Positions 9,501 to 24,609 of a stretch of DNA of 64,000 nucleotides are shown here, in pieces. A program made the position numbers and the translations under genes. Position 1 is the first letter of the stretch. Each line of letters starts with the position of its first letter. The DNA is from Tubiluchus corallicola (taxonomy: Eukaryota > Animalia > Priapulida). The notes under the pieces are model-generated. The model worked only from the letters and a program-made list of their open reading frames with translations. It searched no databases and was not told the origin of the DNA. Location: the NCBI GenBank assembly GCA_030141605.1, contig JAQGDQ010000940.1:1-64000 (forward strand), written 5' to 3'.

Positions 9501-12500
9501 TGTGATGTTAGAGTGAAGTAGAGCTCATTTTCGTGACATTGCATCAGCGTCTTTTAGCAATCTTCGGTTACGCAAACTTGCTTGACGATAACTATGTTCA
9601 GTTCCCGTTAATTAACTTTTCAAGGTAATTATTTAAATACTAAAAATATTGCTAAGTTTTATAGGCAAGAAAAGGCACATTTTGGACAGTAAATTAAAAC
9701 GAAATGGAGTCTAATCAATCATCCGTAAAAATCTTGGTTTTACTGATTATCAAATATGAGGTAATGCAATGGAAAGATAGCAAATTCATGAGTCAAAACA
9801 TTTTACACATTTCTTAGGCACGAGAATGTGGCGTAGATTCAGCAGAGGCGTTGAGATTCAGTGTTCATTTGACTGATTCTGTTGTGGTGAGCTGGAATAC
9901 AGTCCTCTGGGGAAAGAAACTGTTCATCACCATGAACAAGGATTTGCTCCCGGATGGCTCCAAGGAGAGGTAATGCTATGTCCCAGTTTTTGCTGAATAC
10001 GTCAGACAGCTCAATTGTGCAACGTGAAACAAAACGAACGAACGAAATGGTTTTTGCACATTTTAGGAAAAACCAAAAATAGTAGTGACTTTACTGTTCA
10101 CAGACATACAGCTTCAATGGCTTGAGTATCTACTTTACAAGTTAAGGTTATTTGGTTTATGTCAACTGAGGCCATGTCAAATGTAATATAGTATAATCCA
10201 TTTATAACGAGTTTCAAGGGACCGTGTAATTTTGCTCGTTATAACCAAGTCTTGTTATACCCGAGGTTGTCTGAGTGTGTGCATGAGATAGGAATGATGC
10301 CTGTAAGGCAAATATGATGTAATGATGAAAGGAGCCCTTTCTTTTGAGATTGGTACAAGTTTCTACACGTGTGCCACGATTCTGCAACTATTTTGTCACA
10401 AAAGAATAAACTTATAGTGTTCAAATATTGTTATTTCTAGGATTACATCAGTACGTGCAATAAACAAATCCTTGCATAAAATTGCCGCACGAGTTGCTTT
10501 TATAAGATACCACTGTTGTGATTCATTGTGTTGTTTGCTGAGTGTGTTTTGTATGAGTGTTACAGTACAATCATTTAACTGCCTAGCCAGACCCTGGATG
10601 CCCCTGGGAGGAAAACACATCAACTATAAATTCTACTCTTGTAACATGTGTTTTATGTTAACATACTGAATTTATGTTCCAGTATTTCCACTTGTTTCAT
10701 TTGGTTGAGGCATTACGAAATAGCCGGTCAGTGAAAAAAGAAATAAGGTCTTTTGGCAAGCTGTAGAATTTGTGCTTACGTTTACGGTAACACAAAATTC
10801 AAAATAAGTGCTCCTTGATGGGTGAAATTATTTTGGCTTAAAGAAGGCCAACGAGTTTCAGTATAAAATGCGATGCTTTTCTGCAAATTTACTATGTTTT
10901 GATTCCAAAAGTCGATATTTCTAGTGAGTTTGACACCAATTTCAGCTTTCTTTATCTGTAAGTCTATTACCAGTATTCATACTTTCATATAAAAGACTTA
11001 ATGCACTTAAAAGTTTTTTTATTTAAATTTCCTCGGATGATCTTGTGCATTATTTGTGTTTTAGTTTTGTTTCACTGTTGGAATACGCCGAGGATGTGCT
11101 GGGATGTGAACAAGTTCTCGTGTGTTTCAATAAGATGAGAACTGATAGAGGTTAGAGCATTCTGTTTATTACTTTGACAGAGGAAGAATGCATTACCTGT
11201 TAGACAAACATTGAAATAGTATAGTAAGTCTTCGCTTAATGGCTCCCCGTTTAGCGACATTTCGTTTTAATGACGCTGAACATTTCACACCTTTTTTCAC
11301 TTAACGATGCACCCGTTTCATTTTAGAGACGATTTTTTCACTTTGCTCAAAGGCATTTCTTATTTTATCAACAACTTAGTTTTACCTAGTTTGATGCATT
11401 AAAACAGTACAAATTGCATTATTTTGCTCTAAAAATTCACTAGTAGCATAAACACTAATGCAATTATTATACAAGTACATATGTTTTTGGTTCCTGATTG
11501 ACCATTAAATGCTAGCCGTTTGTGTCAAACGAGACTTGGAGCAAACTTTATGCCAAGGAATGGTGCCTGCAGTCTGTTGTTGTTGCAACCAGACTAGGCA
11601 TATAGGTAAAATTCCCAAGGTCGCCCAAGGCTTCGCTTTGACTCTGCTGCAGTGTTTATTATTTAACCGCTGCCTATACTTAAACGTCAACGAAAGGGAA
11701 ACTGCTAGTTTCAAGCAAGCAGGAAGAAATTAATCAGTAGAAACAACTAATTAGTAGTAGACGAGCAAAACTCATAAAATGTTTAATATATAGGATTTAA
11801 GTAGCTCTAGAATGTATCCCAACTCCTTTACATTACTTTCCATGGAAGTCCTGGCTTCATTTAACGACATTTCACTTAATGTCACATTTTGCTGGAACGT
11901 ATTGGTGTCATTAAGTGAGGACTTACTGTACACCAAATTTGATTTTTTATATGCAAAAATTTAGCAGCTTTTATGCAAGCACAAACGTAAAGTAATCCAA
12001 ATAATGTAATCTAATTGCAAGTTAATCTGCTGTCGAACAAGTTGTGATACGACAATAATGCATATTGCATGTTGATATGTATATCCAATGTATAGAATAT
12101 GTTGTACAATAGTATGGAAATGTTTACCTAATGTGCGGTGCGCAGTCACTCAAATGCAGTTGCTAGTACCTAAACACAGATCACACAGCAGTACACAAAA
12201 CGGAAGCTGGCGTAGCAATTTAGCATTTTCTGATGAGTTTCCAGTGACTAAAATGTTGTGCATACAAAACCTGTCTTTCTTTTTTGTGTCATACAATTAT
12301 AAACTAATGATACTATGGCAGTTATTTCATATATTGGTAACAGGCGCACAAAAATTTCGAGAAAAGCATGACTTCCAAAATGTGAATTTTTCACGAAGAG
12401 CAATTAAAAGTAGCAGAAAAATTGTTGAGCTTTGTTAATTCACGTAGCATTCACAAAGACATGGAAACAGTCGATACTTATCGCATGGTGTTATGCTTTA

Positions 12501-12709
12501 CGTGACCACTCATGTGGAGTCTTAACTTTAAAACCAAATAATTGTGATTTATCAAGCTCGCAAGATTAATGATTCATACTTGTTTTTTAGCTTCTTTGAT
12601 CAGGACCTTCATGTTCCTGGGATTCTTGATCTTACCACCAGCCGGGACATCGCTGGCGAGTGACCAAGATGACGAAAACACAGTTGTCATGGCGTACAAC
12701 ATTGATTAA
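6555..12709 (+). CDS. OAZ1: Ornithine decarboxylase antizyme, expressed by +1 ribosomal frameshift
   Basis: Exons 6555-6577, 8835(or 8874)-9025, 9818-9969, 11065-11150 and 12591-12709, all GT-AG with matching phases. ORF1 reads MPSISNFK..ITLDAGPLQCS*. The +1 frame gives DVPHAV..SWNTVLWGKKLFI..LPDGSKESFVSLLEYAEDVLGCEQVLVCFNKMRTDRASLIRTFMFLGF..MAYNID*, which is the antizyme signature. Exon 1 is the least certain. Confidence 0.95.
8908..9004 (+). promoter_or_regulatory. Antizyme +1 frameshift cassette: 5' context, UCC-UGA-U site and 3' stimulatory pseudoknot
   Basis: GGGCCTCTGCAGTGC-TCC(8923-25)-TGA(8926-28)-T. Stem 1 CCCCACGCCGTTGC(8933-46)/GCGGCGGCGTGGGG(8970-83). Stem 2 GCAGGTGG(8962-69)/CCACCTGT(8996-9003). 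Confidence 0.92.
11222..11928. mobile_element. Tc1/mariner-pogo-type MITE in OAZ intron 4
   Basis: TIRs TAGTAAGTCTTCGCTTAATG and CATTAAGTGAGGACTTACTG, TA on both flanks, subterminal repeats of TTTA(A/G)CGACATTTC, no ORF. Confidence 0.75.
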
Positions 12710-15130
12710 GGCCCAGGTCCCCACGTTGCAGATTGCAGGAACAGAAGCCATCATATTTGTTGTGGAACTCGTTACCGAATCCTTGATCAACTCAAAATTG
12801 ATAAATTGCCCGTGCTGTTATGTAATTCAGTTTGGCAGACTTCCAATTAAAGCCTGCTGCTGCGGGTGTGGATTTTAAAATTTAACATTTGAACTTTCTG
12901 TAATCTTGGTAGTTTTCGTATTTCGTTTTAATCGGCTGTCGCATCCACACACGTTGGAAGTTGCACATCTTCCAGATGCCCAAAAACTGTATGGTTTTTG
13001 TTGGAGCTTTCCTGCTTTAGATTAGCAATGGACAATAGCGTGCGGATGCTGCAGTTGTTGATCTTGTGTTTTGTAACAGCAGGCAGCGTTACCTCGGCAC
13101 TGTCTGTGTTCCACAAAATGCCAAATACGCACAATCACATTCACAGCGGAAGTAAAATAGTGCACCTTTTATTTTAGATCCGGTCAAAATTTCTTGCGTT
13201 CAGGTAATTCTTATCAAAGGTTTTCATACTTTTTGGAAAGTTCAAATTTAGAGTATCGTGTCTTGCTCCTCAATTTATATTTACTTTGTAAACATGGTTA
13301 ATGTACATGATGCTGTGGATGGGAGTTGTGATATATTTCAGTCACACTGTGCACAAATTTATGGTTCCTGTTCCTGTACTTCTGTGCTGCATTAGACAGG
13401 GTGAACTGCACTTACGGAAATGTAAAAATATTCTGTAAAAAATAATAATTATAGTTTAACTTCATATGAAACATAGTAGTTGCTATGTAAGAATTTGGAA
13501 CAATTGTTATATTTTGGGAATTAATGGGTTCACTCTGCCTAATCTGCGCTGCTATCTTCGTACAGCACACATATAAAAAACAAAACAAAAAATTTAAAAA
13601 CTCAAAAAAATCGAAAAAGAAAAAAATCATCTGAAAATGTGGTGTAATGTGTTTTACAATTACTAATTATTTTGGATTTGTAAACTTTTTGATGCACATC
13701 AGTGAGAGAATTATTACTTGAGAGCACAATTTGATTGAATTAATATGCAATCTATTCTGAATGCTGTTTGCTCAGGCCCTGTTTAGTTCATTCAGTTATT
13801 ACAAAGCTTAAAGCTGTATTTTGTATTATTTGTTGTTTCTTGTTTTAATATTATTATAATTCACTTTTAAAATATTTAACATTCCACAAGTCGAGGAAAA
13901 ATTTGTCTCCATGTTATTTTTCCATAGATAACATCATTATAACTGTAGTGTTTAACAGGCTGTACGAAATAGTTGTTAATTCGTAGTCCCTTTTTTTTTT
14001 AATACTAACAATTTACCAAGTTTGTAACTAATTATCATTATTTCGTTCATTCTCTGCAAATTAAAAAAATTAACAAAATTGTGAAAATTCTTTTTCTGTA
14101 TGTTGTTTACCTGATTAGCATTAGCCGTTTATGTTACATTACTCACAAATATAAAAAGCACAAAGGTCACTGTATTGGCAGTTTTTGTTAGAAAGTTTCA
14201 GCCGGCAATGACTTAAACATGGGCATTAGATAGTTGAAGTTAAACCATTCCATGGTCCTGGAAAACAACTAGGTAATTAACCTAGCCAATAAAATGCAAA
14301 ATGTACAGGAAAAGATTCAATATAACTAGGCAAAAACCAGGTACTGACATTGGGACAAAAAATAACTACAGAGCTATTATGCCAGTCACTGTGGCCAAGT
14401 GTCTTTTTCAAGATCAAACAATGCAAAATTCATTGTTTAAAAGCAAGAGAAGGTCAATTGCCTGTAATTCGTCTTGCCCTAGCTTAAATTTTTGCCCACA
14501 TTTATTGAACATTAAAGGGAAAACAACAGTTTTCACTCATGGGCTGTCTCACTGGCTAAACTAATTTCATCAGATTTGTGAAGCACCTTACCAGCCTAGC
14601 AGTACTGTGACACAAAAACTGCCTTATCCTGGCAAATTTCCCGGTATGGAAATATTTCCGAATTGCACAGTATTTTAAAACATTAATTCGAGAACATCGA
14701 AGCGCTAGAATTCCTAATAAAAAGTGTTAGCCATCTTCTCACAATAACTGATAACAGATTTCTCCATATGTTACTTGACATCTAGTAAATCAATTCATTG
14801 TAAAATCAGTAACCGTCAAATCACAAAAGTACTGGCTTATATAATTAGCCAATTAGCAACGTTGGTGTCATTTTTCTATAACTGTAATAACAGCCCAGTG
14901 ACAGTCTGAAATACTATAACTACAAAACATCTTGTATCAAAGAATTTAATTCCAAATTATACGTAATGGTAAACAAATTACAATTAACAGGTTTTATAAC
15001 GTTATTAACACTTCACACTCACTAATTTACAAAAAACAAGACTAAATTTATAAATAATACAAACAGGTACATACGTATGTACATCATACAATAAGGCTTC
15101 ATTTGCAATTAATTGCACATATAATGGCAG

Positions 15131-18100
15131 CTACTGGTACACAAGATACATAACAGGTGCTATTCCAGATTCATCTGTTAAATCAGCAATGTCTATTTCA
15201 CTATTTGTCACAGATAGCTGAGTATCTATGGTCGGCTCGCTGCAAGGCGGAGTGACAAATTTACTTGGACTCCACGTCAACTCTTCATTAATATCACCGC
15301 TGCTAACAATAGCCAATTGTTCCAGATCTGCTGGGACAGACTCTAACTTGATAATCTGATTATTTTCGTCAGCAGCCTCATTTGTGATGTAATAAATCAT
15401 CTCCTCTGCAAAATCTTGCGCTGTAATCGATTCGGCAGCTTTCTGCAAAATGATGGCAGGATCAGACACTGTTGTGTTAGCAACAACGTTATTATCAACT
15501 ATTGGCACACACAGTTCAAGTGTATGAGCAACTGTCTGTTGGCCATTTGACAGATCGCGCCGAGAATCTTTCCTCTTCAGCGAAGCACGTTCTGTTCTCA
15601 AACGATTCTTTTTCTCAGCTCGGGAGCGGACTGGCTGCAATACAATAGGTTCGTTATTCATTGCATTAATGTCACTTTCTTTATCATACAATCCGGTAAA
15701 TAGTGCTACCTGATCTTTAGTATTCATGTCAAAATTAGTCTTTTTTACTTCCTCGTTGTGATCATCGAGCAAGTGATCCCGAAACTTTGTAGCATTGTTT
15801 GAACCAAAGGGGCAAAACTTGCATGGGTAAACAGCTTGGCCATGATGTTTCTTTGTTTTCATGATGTGCTTGCGAACGTTTTCATGAACATTGCACGAGT
15901 AATCACAGTAAGGACATTTATACGGTTTAACTCCAGTATGCAAACGTAAATGGCGCTGAAGATGCAATTTTGTTCTACCAGCATATTCACAATATTTGCA
16001 CTGATACGGTCGAATCGTAGTGTGTGTTCGTTCATGTTTAGTCAATGCATGTCGTGTCTTACCCGTGTATCCGCAGGTTACGCACAAATATGGGCGTTCG
16101 TTTGTGTGAACTCGACTGTGTATTGCCAGCTCACTCTGCGACCGGAACGTCAGCTTGCAGCCATCAAACTGACACTTAACCAGCTTACCTGTGTGAAGTT
16201 TGTAGTGGTAGTGCAACTGAGACTTCTCCATGAAGCTGCTGCCACACTGATCACACACAAAGGGTCTTGGCCGGTCGGTTTTGTGGGTCATCAAGTGACG
16301 ATTCAAACTATTCTTCTTTAAGAATGAAGCTTTGCAAATGCTGCAGAAGAAATTTCTCTCTCCTAGGTGGCGCCGGACGTGACTGTGTAATGACCCTTTC
16401 TGACTGAAAGCTTTTGCACATAAGTGACAATGAAAAGGCTTCTCTCCTGTGTGTACTCTGCGATGTTGTTCCAGAGATCCATGTTTCAATAACTTCCCAC
16501 ATCCAACAACCAAACATTGAAATTTTGACTTGCCTACTCTTCTGAAAAAAGGAGTTCTGTCCACAGTAATAGGACGCCCGACTGAACGTTTTTTAACCAG
16601 ACGTTCAGTCCTTTCAGTGACAACATTTTTGTTCTCCAACTTGTTCTCATTCTTGCTTAAACGTGCTATGGTGTCATTAACGTCCTCTCCTTCTCTTGGT
16701 TCAATTACTATTCCTTCATATTTAGCTGGACGACCAGACCGGCATTTTGGTTTTGTTACACAAGAGGAATTCAATTGATTCATTTCACTTTCAACCAGGT
16801 CACTAAGAATAGGACCTTCATCATATTCGTTTGACATACCAGCAAGTACCACTGACTCATCAGCTGTTTCACAAAAAGTATCCTGCGCTTCTGCCAGAAC
16901 CGCTAATATAGTCTCATTCTCTGTGGAGGACGGCTTTTCCAAGTGTTCTGATCTGTCATGCTCCTCTTTTACTTCTATCTCATGACAATCGTTTATAGTT
17001 ATTTTATTCTCTTTTATAGTTCTTTTCGTTCGACTACGATTCATATCAGTCAGCACAGAGCATTCCAGTTTTTTGGGCAGCGATTTTTTTCTTTGTGGGC
17101 GTCTATTCGTACCATATTCATTATCAGGAAATGAACAGTTAGAATCAATAGTCTTTACGCAGTCAGTCAATCTGACTTCACATACTTTTCCCACATAATC
17201 AGGAGAAGGCATGTTTTTACAAAAACCGAGTCTACTGCCGTCCAGTTTAGATTTACTGCACAAATCAAGAGATGTCAAAAATATTTTCATATTCGTTTCT
17301 TTCACATCATCCAAGTTGCTACCGACTTGTCTTTGCGCATTTTCTATTTGACCTGCATTAGCTCCCACATTCACGCTATCTTTTTCTGTATTAGCTTTGC
17401 TGCTGTCATCTACATTCGTAGAAGCAGTACTTACAACATGCCTGTGAGTAACACTAGTGTCACAACAAGAATCATTGGGTGTATTTGGCTCTGCTTTTGG
17501 CAGACTTTTAAAAAAGTCATTTTTGCTTTTATTAATATCAGCAGCACCATCTTTGAATGTTTGCCCATTCATAATAACATCAAGGCTTAATAAGTCACCA
17601 TCTTGTGTAAAACTATTGATCTCACTTTCAGTTGAGACAGAATGCTCGAGAGGTTTAGTTGTTGCACTTCTCATTGGGCATTCACACTTACAATGCAATA
17701 TGTACTTATCAATACCTGAAACAAATAAAATAAAATTGTGATGCAGTACTTAAAAAAGTTTTCTTTATTTAGGGCAGTAAAAAAACTAAAGGAATTTTAA
17801 GTTTTTTTTCGTTTTTAGTAGAAACTGTGTGTGGTTTACACGAGATTAGCAACCAATTAATAAAAATACTTATATATTTTACAACTCAAATTCAAAATGT
17901 ATCAAACCTAAATAGTTCATACATGTTTGAGATGTATCACAAATGTATCAATTTTGAAATAACTAAAGAGGTTCCCAGTATATAAACTATAGTCTATGGC
18001 CTTTTGTTTGTACAGCACACGTCAGTAGGACAATTTGAGAAATTGCATAATGGCCACATTTGGGGATAAGCAGTGTATAACATGCTATTAAGTAACATAA

Positions 18101-21010
18101 TTCATTTCTGTTTTTTCACAAAATTTATTTTCTAAAACTGTTATATTAGCACCATAAAAATACAACAACATAGCAATGAGATCTAAAATGTATTTTTTAA
18201 CAAATTTGTATTCCGCTGTAGTTTTTTAGTTGTATATGCGACTAAATTTTTGTTTTACCTTGAAATTCCCATATGAAGACTTTTTTATTTTCCAACACTA
18301 AAAAAATTATCTGTGGCTGGAAAAAGTACACAGCTGCAATGTTTAATTTGCACAAAAACGTTTTTAGGTACTCACTTGTAGGCTTAGTATTTGGCATTGT
18401 AAAAAAATAAAGAATTAATGCCATGTTCATGCTGGTGCTAGTCAACCAAGAACTACGAAAAACAAACTGTTTCAATTAACTAACTAAACAATTAAAAATA
18501 TAATTAACTGACTTAATTGTGTCTGTTAATGAAATGACACATGAACGAAGTGATTAGCCAAAGTGGTTCATTCGTTAGTTGGTTGGTTACAATGGAAAGT
18601 TTGTTAAACAAGACATTCTATCCTCTCTACTGTTGCAAGTAAATTACCCCTTTGTGCTTTTGCCATGAGTCATCATCACTCTTCAGTTATGCAACTCTTC
18701 AGTTTTGTAAAACCTTCTGTTTTATAAACTATTTAATACGTTAATCAATGAATGAATTCGAAATTATTTCATATTATATGGCAACACATGTAGTGTAAGG
18801 CTGAAACAATATTTTTAATAGAGATTTTTTTATTGGTATGTGTGGGATATTAAACATAGGTTTAGTATTCTCCGTATGGGTAATCTATTCGGCTTCTAGC
18901 ATATTACAAGGTATTACTACATGCACAAAATTGTCCAGAAATATGAGGGCATTTTGTTTATCCAGTTCCGCTTACGTCTCATATGACTGCGCCGTCTCTA
19001 GTTTTTATACTTGAGAACCTCTTTTGTAATTCAAAAATAATAAGCTGGTCTACTTTTTACATAAAGATACGCATTACACATGCCATTAGAAATTTTTTCT
19101 GATAATATTCTGCTGCAAAAGTACTCACGGACACAGTGAGAAGAATATAGACTGCTTTGCATTTTTTAATCAAGATTATTATCACAAAAGCTTCAAATAT
19201 AACACTTCTATTGAAAAAAAATCAAGATATTTTTTGGAATTTTCACAAGTCAAGAATTAGCCTTTGAAAGTTATTAAGTCGGATGTTCTACACTTTTGCT
19301 ACCTGATCTAATAAGTTGACATGACTGTGTCACACTATTAAGCAAATTAAATCAGTGTAGACTGTTATGTTTAAAAGGCATATAAAAGCTTTTGTTTTCC
19401 AGCCAAACAAATTTTTTTTTACATCAAAGTGACAGTAGGTCACCCTAGACAGAATAAAGAAGCTATAAATAAATAACAGGCAAATTATGATTTTATCTAC
19501 TTATTAACTTATCAAAACCGATTTTTCATATAACTTAATACAATTATGCCCAAAATTTTCATATTGATAGATTGCCAAAAATAAACAAAAAATTTATAAT
19601 GCAAGTACAAAATATGTAAGAACTTGCCTATAATTTTTTATAAAATCTGTCATTATTGTGATACTTTGATACTGCATTTAAGCCATGTTCAGCATTTTAA
19701 CCTTATTTAGGATACTGTATCTGCTTTGTCATAAAACTTCCATTCTCATTTAAATTAAAAAATTGTTTAAAATTAGGAATGGACTTTTAAAAACTATACA
19801 TTAGTAAAGAATAAGGTAAATGATAACATAATTTAATAATAAGGTAAATGATAACATAATTTAATTTATAAGTGATAATAAAAATGACAGTGTAAGTCTT
19901 TATATTTGCATTAAAGAAATGGGTACGATAGCACTATGATATATTTTGGAAATAGGGCATCTAATATTGTTATAATGATAAATTAGCGAATGTTTTAGTA
20001 TAGGTGTTTATGATAAACTCATACAGCAGACGTTATACATTCTTCAATCATTCTTATGGCTACAAAATTGTTTTTTATATACATATTACGTCACAGTAAA
20101 AAAAATTAGCAGCAAATGGAAACTCTGAGAAATGGTAAAGGTTATTAGAACCATATGCTAATTAATGTGTGCAGGTGAAGAAAAGCAAAAAACTTAACTT
20201 GGATTCAAACTCCTGCCATTCAGTAAATAATGTTAGGAAGCAAACACGCAGTCAACTGTAACAAAGTGGATTTCTGTCATACTGATTGCTATCTAAACAT
20301 TGTGGAGATGAGGCAGCACTTGCGCATAGAATGCTGCATGTAGGATTTAACGTTCAAGGCGAAAATTTCGTAGAATTCAATCTCAGATTACATGACCTAT
20401 ATTTGTACTGGTTTATGTGTTTTGAAAAATGCCGGGTACCACCTCATTGGCTTTACTCTTTTTCTTTCCAAAGAGATAAAAAACTTTTTCAAAGACTCTA
20501 ACGAAGTGTCTATACAATGATTTTTATACAAGGCGTACATATTAGTTCTATAAATTTTGAGAAAAAAAACCACAAAAAATATTCATTATTAGGGGTTTTC
20601 ACACACCTTTCTTCCCAGACTTAAGAAATAAATCCTCTATGCCATCACAGGAGACAGAGACAATTCGTTTGATATATAATTAGTTGCAAATGGTTTAGTG
20701 GTTGATGAGAAAATAACCTATTACATAGATCCGTAAAAAATATACTTAGAAAATTAATGTATACAAACTAACGAGTTACATCAAATTGTCAGAAATAGAT
20801 TTTGCAACATCCACACAAGCTAAATGTTTGTTACTGTACGTGCATACAAATCTTTTACCCATTGCAATACCCATATAAGCAATCACTTATAAAATTTCTA
20901 ATCAACAATTTTATATTGTTCTTTGGCGATATTTTACCTAGAAGAGTGTTCTGACATTTTATACAGTAGTGGAGATCATCGAGAATATCCGGGTTTCTTG
21001 TCATTGGCAT
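15131..21010 (-). CDS. C2H2 zinc-finger transcription factor (9 tandem fingers plus an N-terminal atypical Cys/His motif)
   Basis: Large exon 15131-17715 (acceptor TTTCAG) with 9 C2H2 fingers and TGEKPF/TGVKPY linkers. Upstream exon 20938-21037 joins in phase, giving MPMTRNPDILDDLHYCIKCQNTLLG|IDKYILHCKCEC with a likely ATG at 21010. Confidence 0.88.
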
Positions 21011-21449
21011 AACTAAGCAGATCGTGCAGATGCCAACCTAGAACACAAAAATTAATACTTATAACATCTTTTCTCAAATTACATAATATAAGTACCAGCA
21101 AGAAATATTTTGATATACTATTTCCTTGTTTAAACTGAAATTTGTGTTTTTAGCATAAATTACCGAATGGTACACAGTACTCATTTCCAGTACGGTACCT
21201 GGTATTTTACTATACATCGGCAATACTAATGGCAGATTCTAAACGATGTAATTCACATACTCATCCAGTATGAGATGTTTCACCTGTATCTGATACGTGA
21301 CTGCCAGTTTGGAAACTGCGTGGACAAAGTTGTGAAATGGTGATTTTTGCAACCTTATCAGTTTAGAATTTACAATGCAACTTCATTTTTGTTAATGTAA
21401 AGAACGTCAAAAGTTTGGGAATCATTTCAATGGACAGTAATGATTGCTG

Positions 21450-21612
21450 TTTCTCTGTCTCTCCCCCTCTCTCTTCCTTGTGCACACACTCTCTCTTCCC
21501 CTCTTTCTCATTATCATGTTTCTCTCCCTCTATTCTTCCTTTCTTTCCTGCCTCTCTCTTTTTTGCTCACCCTCTCTCTCACTTTCTCTCTCTTTGCTTT
21601 CTCACTCTCTTC
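21450..21612. repeat. CT-rich low-complexity tract
   Basis: Degenerate (CT)n polypyrimidine run. Confidence 0.7.
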
Positions 21613-21739
21613 CCGTTGCATTAAATTGTCTTAAATTGCTTAGGCCTATTAAACTTACATTATAATACCTAGTTGTTTAGTACTCTAGGGAAAAGGTTGG
21701 GAAGCTTAGTGTAAAATTCTGGCAAATTTTCCTGCTATA

Positions 21740-22392
21740 CTAAAAATTAAGAAGGGCAATTAGATATTCTCACTTGTTCTAGTAATATATTTGGCATTCG
21801 TTATGTGAAACTTAAGAACCGATTACCCTCAACATGTAGTCTCTCTGCTCCCTGTTGCATAAACTTGAACACAGACCAGGAAGGAAAGCAAAGCACTTTA
21901 TTAAATTCACAGCCCCCAATAACTGGAATAAAATAAGTGCCCAAGTAAAAACACACAAAACTATTTATAGTTTCAAAAAGTACTTGAAAAGGTGATTCAT
22001 ACTTATAATACAATTTTAATGGTTCCATGTCTCATGCAGTCGCAATATATGGCCTCCAATCAATTATAATGCTATTTTAATATACCTCTATGTAAATTAA
22101 ACATACACTGTGGTCGTTCCTTCTCCTCTTTTCCTTCTTCCTATCCCTAATCTTACTATTTTTTCAATTCCATCATGTCTACTAACCCTAACCATTCTTT
22201 CATTCACTCATTTGTGACACCTTAACAAGTCAAGCTTTCCAGGTGTCATACAGCAACTCTTTTATTTGGTTATTTTGACTTCATCAACGTTTTTTTTACC
22301 TATACTGTTTCTTTTTGTTTCAATAATATTGTATGTTGATGTATTGTATATGTATTGCTGGAGTGAAATAAATTGATTGATTGATGATTGAA
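21740..22392 (+). mobile_element. Highly degenerate L2/CR1-group LINE 3' remnant
   Basis: RRAIR-like remnant near 21750 and a 3' end with AATAAA followed by an (ATTG)n tail at 22367-22390. Confidence 0.3.
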
Positions 22393-24609
22393 AGTGACTG
22401 GTGGTCATAATTCTACTGTGACGGCATTCATGCAGGCTCATTTTACTAATAGTTTAGCCCCATATGTGGTATTAATTCCGGTGCTTTCTTCTTTGCAGGA
22501 CCAGTTTCCGGTGCCAATTTGATCCGGTATACTGGACCATCACTAAAAAGCAATGCACATAAATTTTAAAATACATTGTCAATTTATGACATGAGTTATG
22601 ATAAGGGAACATAATTTTATTTTGTCTTGAAAGTACTCCATAATATTTAAGATTTTATGTTGTGTTTGATTATGCATCTATCAAGCCATGCCACGATGCT
22701 TATAGTTAGACTGGACAGACAAAGGTTGCAAGTGATATATTCCCCTGCTGCATCTGATGTAAAAGTTGGTAGGATTCAAACCTCGTTCTGGTTTTTTAAT
22801 AATCAAACTTCCTTAAATCATCACCGACTTTCCCTCGCAGAGCTGGCTAATTCTTTGTGGTTACAAGATTCGACTCCTTAAGAACTTTTTTCATACGACT
22901 TTTACTGTGTTTCTACCCTGCACGTTTTCTCTGGTCATCCTGTAGTTCACTTCATCTGGTTGTAGTACAAAATCCAGTTCTTACACTGACACAACAGTTC
23001 TAAGACACATATAGGGCATGGTATATTAATACGAAGATGAAGATTTTTGTTCAAGAAGACAAGCTACCGAAACCAGCCAAAGAACAAGGATGCAAGTTTA
23101 ACCTATCAGTATCAGCACTATCACAAGTGGCACTTCTTCGTGTTGGACATAGTACCACTCTCAACACTTTTATTATGACATAGTAAATGTATAAGTGGGA
23201 AAATTGGAGGGGTAAAAAGTGCAATTATATGCTTAACATCTAACCATGCTGTAAGGTGTAAATTAAAGAAGTTTCTCTTAAAAGAACAAGTTGCCAACAG
23301 TAGAAGAAATTTAACTCTTCTTTATCTATCTCTTCTGAATGGCTGCAAGTAATGTTGCAATTGAAGATTTATACGTTGATAAAATGAAGGCAGTAAATGT
23401 TCGAATTAACCAAGCTGTAAAAGTAAGAAAGTTGTTGCTGGGAGCTGATTTGGATATATAAAATTATAAAAAAAAGAAGATATAAAAAGTGCTACAAGAC
23501 TAAATTAGGCTTACACTTAGAGATAAGTGCTTTCCAGACTGGATGACAAGCCGATATGAAACTGTTGACCTTCGTAATGTGGTCAGGACAATTAAAACTA
23601 ATTCAAAACAATTGTTTCAGCTTCCATTCTGTTACCTATTTCGCATACTGTTTGTTCATCACATTCCTCCATGTACATATGCGCGGTGTAAGCTGTGTCG
23701 ACACTTTAACCCCATAAGCTTAGCGATGACTTGCAATGAATGGGGATCAGCATTTTACAATTTTCGGTACTACAAATTACAATGCACACGGGCCTTATCC
23801 GCTAATTGTTAACTGCTACAGCTAGGAGCAAAAATCAAAATAATTATAATTTCGCTCCCCAAATCAAGGTAACAAGAAAAAAACTACAACCGAAAGACAT
23901 TATCATAATACCGTTTCGCATAATCAGGAATTGATATTATTATTATCATTACTACGTTATATAAAGTCTTCATGAATCCCCATGATTATGCAGAGCTTTT
24001 GTAAACTTGGCATTTAGTTCTTAACTTCTTATGCTCCAATAATCGTTGATTTGGCTGCCATTATTGGAACTTTTTAATTGCGAGACACTGACCTACGACG
24101 CTGTCGCATCTGTGGTTACACAGCGGTTACTTAAAGCAAAAGGAAACCCATCACTTACATATTAATACATAAAGCTTAAAAAAATTCATATTGAGATTTT
24201 ATACTGTAAAATTATTAATAATTATTGTATTATTGTAATTTTATTATTGCAAGAAATGGTAATCGTCAGTAAATGGTAACATTAAATATTGATACCCAAT
24301 ACCTACAATAGGTGGAATGAGATTTTGAAAAAGAAGAAAGAAAATTTACACCACTTACATACAGGGCTTGCGTTGGCAGTAACACTATATAAAACATGTA
24401 AATTTAAACTCACACGATGACTGTTAGATGTAGCCCATTTTACAATAAATCATTTAAAACACGTTTACCATTACCGTTACCGTCGAAGGATAGACGTCGA
24501 AGGGTAGGAGCCTAAGCATAAATAGCTTATGGACCCCTCTATTCTACCTTGTTTATCTTATTAAAATAAAAATGAACAAAATAATTGGCCACACTGCGAT
24601 CATGAAGTG

